64,000 nucleotides of DNA from Salisapilia sapeloensis CBS 127946 (taxonomy: Eukaryota; Protista; Oomycota), in contig JAADVB010000019.1 of the NCBI GenBank assembly GCA_023334545.1, forward strand, positions 62,001 to 126,000, read 5' to 3'. The position numbers and the translations under genes are program-made. Positions 48,647-59,700 of the stretch are shown piece by piece (position 1 is the first letter of the stretch; every line of letters begins with the position of its first letter). The notes under the pieces are model-generated. The model did not search any database. It was not told where the DNA came from and was given only the letters and a program-made list of their open reading frames with translations.

Positions 48647-50368
48647 ATGCTAAGCAACGTGTCTTCGCTGCGCACGCAGGAGCTATCTCTAGCATGCGTT
48701 TCCGCCATTGGTCTCGGAATGGTCACCATCGCTCTAATTAATCGTAAGAAACAGCCACTCGGACCGGACGGGAAACCACTGCCCGTTAAAGAAGGCTATC
48801 TGCCGATCATTGGCCATCTCCTGGCTGTATCCAAGAATACTGATCGATTGTATGACTATTTGACGGAGGACGCAGAGAAATTAGGCGGAAAGCCCTACGT
48901 ACAGTATATACCAGGCAAATATCCAGTGGTCATTGCAACTTGCCCGGAACACTTGAACGACATCCTTTTGAAATTCGCAGACAGATTTATTCGTGGTGCA
49001 GGACTCTCGGATTTACTCCTAGATTTTCTTGGTCGAGGCATCCTCAATAGTGTTCGTCTATCTATCTTGAGCAACCGACCTATGGACTAACGTTTCGTGA
49101 ATTAATAGGAAGGAGACGAATGGCATTTCCAGCGAAAGACAGCGAGCCATCTCTTCTCTACCAGTCGATTAAATGATGTGATTCACGAAATCATTAGGGA
49201 GAAATCAAACGGGTTAATGAAGGCTCTTGATTTGTATAGCTCCACAGGCAAAGAGTTTAGTGCGAGTCAGCTCATGACTGCTCTAACTTGCGACGTCTTT
49301 ACGAAACTTAGCTTCGGGATTGAGCTCAACTGTCTCGAAGAGAATATGGAAGGCAGAACTCATGACTTTATACAACATTTTACAACGGTGTCAGAGATCA
49401 CACGAAGTCGCAGCTTGTCTCCAGTCTTTATTTGGAAACTTAAGCGCATGCTTGGCATTGGCTCTGAGAAGACATTGGCTGAAAGCCGTAGGAAGCTCCA
49501 CTCTTTCGTTACTTCAGTCATTGATGAGACCGTTCAGCACCGTCAGAGAGCTCTCCAAGAAGGAGGTGATGTGCTCAGTCAAAAGTCTTCCGACTTGGTC
49601 TCCATGTTCCTCGATAGCAAGGTCAAATCTCTCTCCACTGGCGAGAAGCTAGACGTAGATGCGGAGATGCTGCGAGATATGACTCTTAATTTCATTTTCG
49701 CAGGCAAAGACACCACCTCTGTCAGCCTTTCGTGGTTCATTGTCAACTTGAATCGACATCCTAAAACAGCCAAGAAGATCAGGGCAGAGCTACGTGAGAA
49801 GCTTCCAAAACTTTTCCAGGAAGGTGCAAGCGCTCCAACAACGGAGGAGGTTTCTTCTCTTACCTACCTCGAAGCTTGCATCCTCGAGAATCTAAGACTA
49901 TATCCGTCTCTCGCTTTGGACGGGAAAAATACTCCGGAGGACACGACGCTGTCTGATGGGACATTCATTCCGGCCGGCTATGGCGTAGGACTCACATTTT
50001 ATGCTACAGGACGACTAACCTCTATCTGGGGCCACGATGCAGCTGAATTTAAGCCAGAACGATGGATTGACGCGAACGGAGCACTTAAGCAGGTATCGCC
50101 GTCCAAGTTCCCAGCGTTCGGTACGTTTATTAGTTTCCTAAGTAGTGGTAATTGGAAAGTAACGAGAGTGGTATGAGCAGCACTTGGCAAGCATGCTTGT
50201 CTGGGCAAGAAGTTTGCATACATGGAGATGAAGATTGCATTGGCCACGATGCTCAGTCGTTACGACTTGCAGTTGAAGGAAGACCCGTGGAGTATTACCT
50301 ACGGCGTTGCCATCACACTCATCGTCAAGGGCGACCTGATGTGCAAGGCAGTCCCTCTGAAAGAGTAG
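48647..50368 (+). CDS. Cytochrome P450, CYP86/94/704-like (3 exons)
   Basis: N-terminal TM anchor, LPIIGH, WHFQRKTASHLFS, AGKDTT, ENLRLYP, FKPERW, FALGKHACLG; introns 49052-49108 and 50121-50180. Confidence 0.93.
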
Positions 50369-51997
50369 GTGAAGTGGAATAAAAAAGCATTGGAATGTGT
50401 CGTAGCGCCTGAGAGATTATTAGATGGCAATTAAGGCAACGGACAGAATACGCTTTGCTCCTATTGAAGTAGACTTGAAGTGATGTTGTAGTTAGCTTGA
50501 AGCTGAAGGATCTATTCGCTAAGTTGACATACGAGTCGTTCTAAAGAGTTTGGGCTACTCTAGGGTCTACTAACTAAGATGTCATATGCATGAGTGCTTG
50601 GCAGTAATATCTCTTTGTGTACAGCTGACTTTCATGTACTTCTGTGAGCACCATTGCATCTACCTGCGATGGTCGTTTGATATGTCTCCTCTCAAATATA
50701 TGAAGCTATCATCATTAGTCCTGTACCGACAGGTGGCCTTGCCGACTGTATCTTCGTTGTATGCAAACTAATAAATTCATTGAAGTGAAAGTGATAGGAA
50801 AGTTGAATCATACTCACATTATCGCCTTGTATTGTAGTTGCGTCGATTGTCAAGATGAAGTAATAGAGTTTTTGACTACATAGAGTTCGATAGCAAGACA
50901 TGCAGCTTTAAAGCAGACAAGACCAAGGTATGTAAGCGTGAAGAAGTCGCACATTGTAGCAGATACTATGGAAGCGTTATAGCATGTTTGCAATTTTGAA
51001 CGCTTACTAACCTACCGTACCCGCAAGGTAACTACTATGATTGCTAGAGTCGAGCCAGATCAACTAACGTTATCAATACCGACTAGAAGTCAACGGAACG
51101 CAAAATGCAGATAACCTTCTGGGTTATCGATTAAAGAGCGCAAAGGTTCATCTGGTAAGCTGAACGACATCCATTCAACGAACCCATTTTCTTTGTTCCC
51201 ATCCTGTTGTGAATGCGCATGATCGGGACGTCGTTTGATGCCTCAAAGAGTCCGGATGGTTAGTCACTACTAGCTATCACAGTCAAGAACGTCATTTAAC
51301 CAAGTATCGCACCGCCATCCTTTTAAACGCTAAATTCCCTGCAAATTTTTCCACTGGCAGAATGGTGACGCTCTTTTCATTCATTAAAGAAAGGATGACC
51401 GCTTGCTTATACTGCATGCAAGTAGATCTAGACTGATGTAAATTGACATGTGCTAGGCATATCGTGCAATACATGCGGAAAATTTCTTTTCTAGTCAAAA
51501 ATGAAAGCGAGGTAGAGAATAGCCTACGATAGTTAGATTGCCGAGTACATTATCGGGCATGTGTGGTAGAATTCAAGTCATGCCTCGTCCATTTGTCGAA
51601 ATTTATGCGTACATATGAGCTGGAAACACGATACTGTATCTAAACCTGGCACAATATGCAGGCGATGGAATAGGCCCAGTTTAAGCAGTCCACGTGGAAA
51701 CGAAGTGTAGGTATTTGTGACTTTTCTATTTAAAGATGCTAGCTGCCATGATCGGCGACACGTACCTTTGTATAGTGGATAAGAGTATTCGCAATCTCCT
51801 TCATAATGGAGGTAAGCGAGCAATAGATCGTGGGTTTTAAAAAGCACATGCTAAGCATCTACATCTGCTCCCTCTTCTCAAGCCATACAATCAATTGACA
51901 TATGTGCGAAGATGACGTGGCTGACACGTCAGGGCGTGGAACGTAAATTTGCTGGTCATATGCAGCGGAAATCAAGTAGAGGCTTCGACCATTTTTC

Positions 51998-52013
51998 TCA
52001 CTCTACGATTTGC
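51998..52013 (+). promoter_or_regulatory. INR+FPR-like core promoter
   Basis: TCACTCTACGATTTGC about 45-60 nt upstream of ATG 52059. Confidence 0.5.
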
Positions 52014-52058
52014 TCGACTGGCAAATACTCGTATACTTTGTAGCATTGTAGGCAGAGG

Positions 52059-53564
52059 ATGAAGGTGTGTACTATAATTGCTACCTTTGGTGCACTAGCG
52101 CTGGTGAGCGCCGACAGTATGGACGTTTCCTCTGATTGGGGTTTCTCGGACACCACTGAAAATGAAGACGAGTTCGAATTTACATTTGCTCCCTTGTCCG
52201 ATGAGTCTAAGAGCGGCTCAAGTGCTTCAACCGCAGCGTCAAATAGTGAGGATGCCGCCTATTACGTTATCAGTGCCAGTGAGTCGGGCGAGGGATCCAC
52301 TTCGGATACGGCGTATGGAGACACGAGCGAGGGAGATGAAGGCTACTCGGCTGTATCATCTGGTGAAAGCGAAAGTGGTTCCGATGCGACTCCTGAACCG
52401 AGTACTGGAGTTGACAGCGATCTTGACTTTGATGAGGAGGAGGAAACTGATTTAGCTACTTCAGTTACCAGTGGAGATGGGTACGACGACATCGATGACT
52501 CCACCATGGAAGATGATGCTGATGACGATAGCGCATCCACACCAGCGCCCACTAGTGCAGATGACACCGAAGACAACACCAACGATGATACTTCATCTGT
52601 AAATTCCGACTATGGTGACTATGGAAGTGACGAAAGCGACGAGGAATCAAGTGCCTCTCCCGGTGAATGCATCGAAGTCAGTGTCGAGCATGATGCAACG
52701 TACTGCATTAAAGGTCCGATTTGTAGTGGGTCGGGAGATACTGATGCTGCCGGAACAAACTGTCCAGTGAAAGGAGATAAAGCTATCGCAGATTGCCATG
52801 ACTTTTTGCTGAGTAGCTACGACGGATCTTGCGTTTTGTTTGAAGATGCCACGTGTGAGGTGATCTCAACGGGTGCGTGGGGATGTGTCCTACCAAGTTA
52901 CTCAAGTATGTCAGGATCATCCGTAAGTGCCTCGCCAGATGTCTTTGATTCTGAATCTGGATCAAGTGATACATCGACTCCTGCAACGACGCCGTCTATG
53001 ACCCCTGCTTCCGATGAATCTAGCTCTGGTGATACTGATGACTTCGACTTTGGTTTTGATGACTCTAGCTCTGGTGGTACGGATGAGTCTAGCTCTGATG
53101 GAACTGATGACCTAGACTTTGGCTTCGATGATACCAGCGATTACGACGACACTAGTGTTGGCACCTCAGACGACACTGGTGGTTATGATGACACTAGTAG
53201 CGATGGTGAAACTAGTGAAGTTGATGACGAAAGTGGTGATGGTACTTCCAGTACCGGAAACTCCACTGAAGACGATACTTCATCGAATGGAGGCAGCGAT
53301 AGCACAGTGTCTTATGGCAGTGATGATGGCTCGGAGAGTGTCCAAGCCGATGATACGTCTGTCTCGGCATCCGAAGACTTCGGTATGGGCTTTGCGGACG
53401 ACTTTGCGTTTGATACGGAATCCGCTGAAGGCGAAGAAACTACAGAAGCTTCAGAAGAAACAGGAACTTCGAAAGAGGAAAAGGAAGAGACTACAGCTGA
53501 CGACGATGACACAAGCAACGACGCTGATTTCATGACAGCAGATGATCTTTTCTCCCGGCAGTAG
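52059..53564 (+). CDS. Secreted highly acidic Asp/Ser/Glu-rich mucin-like protein with 8-Cys module
   Basis: Signal peptide MKVCTIIATFGALALVSA; 8-Cys domain 52665-52889; D/E/S/T-rich flanks; no TM segment. Confidence 0.88.
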   Translation: MKVCTIIATFGALALVSADSMDVSSDWGFSDTTENEDEFEFTFAPLSDESKSGSSASTAASNSEDAAYYVISASESGEGSTSDTAYGDTSEGDEGYSAVSSGESESGSDATPEPSTGVDSDLDFDEEEETDLATSVTSGDGYDDIDDSTMEDDADDDSASTPAPTSADDTEDNTNDDTSSVNSDYGDYGSDESDEESSASPGECIEVSVEHDATYCIKGPICSGSGDTDAAGTNCPVKGDKAIADCHDFLLSSYDGSCVLFEDATCEVISTGAWGCVLPSYSSMSGSSVSASPDVFDSESGSSDTSTPATTPSMTPASDESSSGDTDDFDFGFDDSSSGGTDESSSDGTDDLDFGFDDTSDYDDTSVGTSDDTGGYDDTSSDGETSEVDDESGDGTSSTGNSTEDDTSSNGGSDSTVSYGSDDGSESVQADDTSVSASEDFGMGFADDFAFDTESAEGEETTEASEETGTSKEEKEETTADDDDTSNDADFMTADDLFSRQ

Positions 53565-53750
53565 TAGCTTAAATATACTGCTGTTGTTTGCTCTATCCTT
53601 AATTTTCGTTCGGCGAAGAAGTTACTACTGGAGAGAAGTACTGAATACAGAACAAGTTTGGCGGAAAATGCAATTGTCAAATTTCTTTGTATTTGAAAGT
53701 TATGGGATTTACCATTGATAATCGCTCCTTCTTTCAGAATGCAACGTCAG

Positions 53751-56700
53751 CTATTCTGTCCTCAACTTCCTGTGGCGGTGTCGACCAGAGTCATTCGGCG
53801 GAGAATACTGGTTCGTCTCCGCGTTGTACGTGCACATGCGGTATTCGACCGTGTCGGGGCAAGCACAGAGCTCTGTGTACGGGTCGTCCAGAATCACTCG
53901 TGTGCGGATTTGCATGCCATAGTCATTGCAACCAGTGCTCCAACTGCTCCATACACTCATTTCACACTCGAGGTTCGCACATGAGCTTTCTTCTTCAAGC
54001 TTTGGGCATTGCTGACCATAATTCTGCGGTTCGGTAATCACATGGCGTGTACGCGTCCTCGTGCCGCTGTAATCAGCGCATCGGCTCCATTCACCCCAGT
54101 TACTGACTTCGCAGTCCACTGGCTTCGGACACTCCATCACTTGCTTCGTCTCTGGGCAAGATGGGGCTCCATAGGCTGGGCTCACAAGCACCGGACGTTC
54201 ACGCGTTTTAGCAGTCTGCTGTCCATCACAGTCAGACCATTCGCTCCATTCGCCAACGACGCATTCGATCGGGTCACACACATCGACTTCTTCAATGCAC
54301 GGACACTCAGCTCCATCAAAGAGACTTGGGACGAGTACTTCACGAGTGCGAGATTTAAGCCCGCTAGTCGCATTGCAAGCACTCCACTCTTTCCATTTGT
54401 CAACGACGCAGTCGACTGGAGGACACTTCTCGGTCTCGACAAGGCGTGGACATTCCTTGCCATTGTAAGCTGCAGGAACGTCGACATCTCGCTCGCGATA
54501 TCGCTGACCATTTGCGTCACACTTCGTCCAGTCCTGCCAGTTACCGACGACACAGTCCACAGGATCACATACTGTGGTCTCCTCCAATGGCGGGCAGGAA
54601 GCACCTTCGAACATGGCTGGCTGAATCACTTCCCTCGTCTTTGTCTTGAGTCCAGAAGTATTGTCGCAAGCGCTCCAGGATCCGAAGGCACCGACTTCAC
54701 AGTCAACAGGATCACACGGAGCGAACTGTTCTAGAGTCGGGCATTTGTTTCCACCGTAAAGGTCCGCTGTGACCACTTCTCTCGTGCGCCTCTTCTTGCC
54801 TGAATTAACATCACATCCTTCATAGTCGGACCAGTCAGAGACGACACAGTTGATCGGATCAGCACGTTCCGTCTGCTTTACCTCTCCGCATGACAAGCCA
54901 TTTCGAACGGCAGGCTGGATAACTTGTCTCGTGCGTGTGCGAATACCAGTCTCAGAATCGTACTCGCTCCATTCGGTCCATTCCCCTAGGATGCAGTCAA
55001 CCGGTGGGCAAGGCTTCTTTTCTTCCAAGTGACCACACGGAGCGCCTTCGTACAAAGGTGCGACCTTGATCGTTCTCGATCGAGTTTGCTCTGGCGTTTC
55101 ATCGGTACATGTTGAGTACTCGCTCCAGACGCTCAATTCGCAGTTGACTGGATCACACGGAGCGGACTGTAACAACGCAGGGCAAGCAGCTCCGCCATAC
55201 TTGTCTGCACTTGTAATCTGCCTCGACCTCGTCTTGTTGCTTGTGCTAGCATCGCACGTACTCCAGCTGCTCCATTCGCCTACTTCGCAATCTTCCGGTA
55301 GACAATCCGTCTCTTGCTTCGTTGCAGGGCATTGAATACCATCGTACTTGGCCTCAATGATGATCGGACGAGTCTTGTACCTCTTACCAGTCGATCCATC
55401 ACATTCAGACCATTCAGGTGTCCACTCTCCAACTTCACAGTTAACAGGGTCGCAGACAACAGAGTCTTCAAGAGCAGGGCAGTCAGCACCGCCACGAAGA
55501 GGGCGCTGTGTAACCTTTCGTGTCCGGCGCTTTTGGCCACAGGTGGCATCGCAAGATTCCCATGGACCCCATTCACTCACTTCGCAGCTAACTGCCTCGC
55601 ACTTTTCCGTTTCTTCAAGAGCACCACAAGATTTCCCGCCGTAGAGAGCTGGCTGGATGACCTCACGAGTGCGAGTCTTAGTCGTATCAGTATCGCTACA
55701 AGTCGTAAAGTCCGTCCACGGTCCAACTTGACAGTCGACCGGGTCGCAAGGAGCTTCTTGGACAGTGTCACCACAACTCTTGCCGCCGTATTTTGCAGCA
55801 GTGACGATCGAAGCAGTGCGTCGCTTTTTGCCTGTTGCTGCATCGCACTCTGACCATGCTCCGAAGGGAGAGAGGACGCAATCTATCGGCTCGCATACCA
55901 GCTCATTCTCTACCGGTCCACAAGCTTCACCTTCGTATTTGGGGTGTGTAATAATCTCACGCGTTTTCTTCTTCTTGTACGTAGTGTCATCGCATGCACC
56001 GTATTCGCTCCATGGTCCGAGTTCGCAGTCGACTGGAAGACATGTTGTTTTCTCCTCCAGTGACGGACACTCAGTACCTCCGTACTTGGCGGCTTGTAGA
56101 ATCTCACGCGTGCGCGTACGCTTGCCAGTGGATTCATCACATACGCCGTATTCACTCCACTCACCAACGCGGCACGGAACTGGATCGCAGGCGATTGATT
56201 GTTTCAAATCAGTGCACTCATTTCCGTCGTATAGTGCTTGTTGAACAACTTCACGCGTACGATGGCGCATTCCATCCGGACTGTTATCGCAGGAGCTCCA
56301 TTCACTCCACGTACCTGGTACACAATCCACAGGTTCACATGGAGTTGTCTGCTCTTGCACATCGCATGGTAGTCCTCCGTACTTTGGCTTGGTCACAATT
56401 GTTCGAGTACTCGTGCGAAGGCCAGTCGAGGCATCGCATGATCCATACTCGGACCAGTTTGACAGTTCACAGTTCACGGGCTCACATGGCCCTTCCATTA
56501 TCGTTTCAGGACATTTTGCCCCGCCGTACATTGCTTGCTGCGTGACTTCACGAGTCTTATGACGCTTGCCAGTCGTGTGGTCACAAGCGGAATATTCACT
56601 CCACTCTTCTGCCACGGTGCAGTCAATCGGGTCACAAGAATCCTCACCCTTCAGCTCCGGACACTCTGCGCCATTGCGCAATGGCTCTTGCTCGATCGTT

Positions 56701-59700
56701 CGGTAACGTGTCTTCGTCTCGGTTTCAGGGTTGCATGATTCCCACGGTCCCCACTCACTGACCTTGCAGTCTACTGGCGGACACTTGCGTGTTTCCACGA
56801 GAGCACCACATGGTTGTCCATCTCGGTAGGGAGACTGAGTAACTTCTCTTTCACGCGTCTGCGTCGGCGTGTAGTTGGTGCATTCACTCCATTCGCCCCA
56901 GTTACTCATAGTACAGTCGACAGGAGGACATTCCTCCTCTTCTTCCAGAACAGGACACTGGTCAGCACCATACATGGGCTGCTGGACAACCTCACGAGTA
57001 CGAATCTTCTTATCTGTTTCAGGTGTAGAGCATTGAGTCCATTCAGACCAAGGGCCCGTTTCACAGCTCTGTGGTGGGCACACTTCTTGTTCTTCCACAA
57101 TCGGACATTCCTTTCCGCCGTGCATATTGTGCTGGGTTACCGGTCGAGTTCTCGTCTTCAGGTAAGTTTCAGCATCACAAGGAGACCAGTCACTCCATGT
57201 CCCGACAGCACAGTCTACAGCTTCACATTCCGCATCTTCACGAAGACTCGCGCATTCGCTGGTATCACCTGAAGATGGCTGCTGTGTTATTTCACGAGTA
57301 CGCGTCCTGAGCGTCGAGTCTGCCGTACAGATAGACCACTCGCTCCACTCTCCAACGAGGCATTTGAGAGGAGGCTTGCAGCTCTTTTCCTCGCCCAGAG
57401 GTGGACATGGCTTTCCATCGTACTTTGGCTCGACACGAACGGTGCGGTTCCTCGTCTGCAAGTGACTGTACTCATCACATGTGCTCCATTCACTCCATGT
57501 TGTTACACCACAATCCACTGCCTGGCATTTGGTTTCCTCCTCAAGAGGAGGACAGGCCTTACCACAGCCGATAACTGGCTTCTCTACCGTACGAGTACGC
57601 TTGCGCGTAGAAGTTTCGGGGTTGCATTGAGTGTACTCGGACCAACCGGACACAACGCAGTCTTGTGGGTCACATTCAGTAGATTCTTCCAGAGTTGGGC
57701 ATGGAACGCCATTACCGCTAGAAGCCGTGATAATCTCACGGAAGCGAGTCTTCTTGTTGTTTGGGATGTCACAGTCACCGTACGGGCTCCACGCACTCAC
57801 AGCGCAATCAATGTCTGGAATGCAAGACGCCTCCTCTGTTAGAGCAGGACATTCTTTACCTCCGTCCGGTTGCGTCACGACTTCACGCGTACGCGTCTTC
57901 ATCTCTTCTCCATTCTTGCAACTCGACCAGTCTGACCACGGTCCAGTCTGGCAGTCGACTGGAGTACACGCTTGTTTTTGCTTCAACTTTCCACATCGCT
58001 TGCCTTTGCCTCGACGAGGGACTAACACTTCTCGTGTGCGTGACTTTTTGTGCTTTCGAGGATGGCATTCGCTGTACTCACTCCAGTCGCTGAGTTCACA
58101 ATCAACGTTCGGAACACAGGACTTGGTCTTCGTAAGCGCTGGGCAGTCCTTTCCTCCATACTTGGCTTCTCGTACGATTTCACGGCTTTTGGTCTTCTTT
58201 TCCGTGACAGGATCACAATCCGAGTACGCACTCCAACGTCCAACTTTACAGTGGACTTTTGGCATTTTGCACTTCTTGGATTGCTCTAGCGCTGGACAAT
58301 CCTTGCCTCCGTACATGGGTTCTCGTTCAATCGTCCGGTTGCGAGTCTTTGTCAGTGTGTCTGGATCACATGACGAGAACTTAGACCATTTGCTGACCTT
58401 GCAGTTCACCCTCTTGCACTTCTTCTCTTGCACTAGTTTTGGACACTTCTTACCACCGTCCCGTTCCTGAAGTACGTCTCTAACTCTCTTGCGAGTAAGA
58501 CTCGTCACGTTACAGTCAGACCAATCTGACCAATCGCTCACGATGCAATTCTTCGGTTCGCAGCGCTGTGTATCTTTCAACGGAGGGCAAGGCGCTCCAC
58601 CGTACATGGGATTTACCAGTACACTTCGCGTCCTAGTGTGCTTCTTCTTTCTCTTGTGGCACGTACCAAAGTCGGACCAGTCGCTAACGACACAGTCAAC
58701 ACTTGAGCATTGCTCTGTCTCGACAAGGTTTGGACATTCCTTTCCTCCATACTTTGCTGGCTGAATAACTTCTCTCTGCCTCGATCGCTTTCCAGTCTTG
58801 GAGCAGCAAGAACCAAATTCACTCCAATCGCTGACCTGGCAATCTTGCGGATAGCAGTCTCGAACATCTTCTAATGACGGACATGGCTTGCCACCATCTT
58901 GCATAGCTTGAATAACCGTACGTGTACGCTTCATGTGGTGCGTACCGGCGTCGCACGTGCCAAACCCACTCCAATCGCTGACGACACAGTCTACCGGCGT
59001 GGCATCCGTTTCCTCCACCAAGTGTGGACACTCATCACCACCATCGGGGTATTGCAATACCTGACGAGTACGCGCCTTTCGCGTCTTGCTGATCAAGGTG
59101 TATGAACTCCATTCGCTGACAATGCAGTCCTTCGGGTTGCAATTTTGTTGCTGTTCAAGCGATTCACAGGGTTTGCCATTGTACAGAGGCTCCGTGACGA
59201 TTGTTCGTTCTCGCTTTCGGATATTCTTGATCTTGTCGCATGCGCTCCAACTACCATAGTCACTGAGAATACAGTCAATCGGTGCACACGGAGTCGAATC
59301 GGTGAGAGCAGGGCAGCCTGCACCTCCGTAGGACGGTTCTTGTGTAATTGTCCGAGTGCGTGTCATTTTGCCCGTGCTGGCGTCGCAAGTCCCAAAGTCT
59401 GACCATTGACTCACTTGGCAGTCCATGCAAGCAACGACTTCTTGGAGTGGAGGACATGGCTTTCCACCGTTGGAAGCGCTCGTGACGACCTCACGAACAC
59501 GCTTCCTGTTACCGGTGCTAGCATCACATTCGCCTTCCCAATGCCAGTCGCCGACAATACAGTCTTGAGCAGAACAAGAACTCGTTTCTTCTAGTGGCGG
59601 ACAATCTGCACCACCATCCGGGTGCGTGATAACGAAGCGCGACTTAATGTTGATGTTCAGCAGAGGATTGATCGTATATAACGACCATTCACTGACCTGG

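Noticed and set aside
50586-51850. Short ORFs between the P450 and the acidic mucin (e.g. LLKLGLFH, weakly transposase-like)
   Set aside because: No coherent domain, terminal repeats or target-site duplication could be established.
53751-53775. RKLR (RxLR-like) at the adhesin C-terminus
   Set aside because: RxLR effector motifs lie shortly after the signal peptide and are usually followed by EER; the position does not fit.
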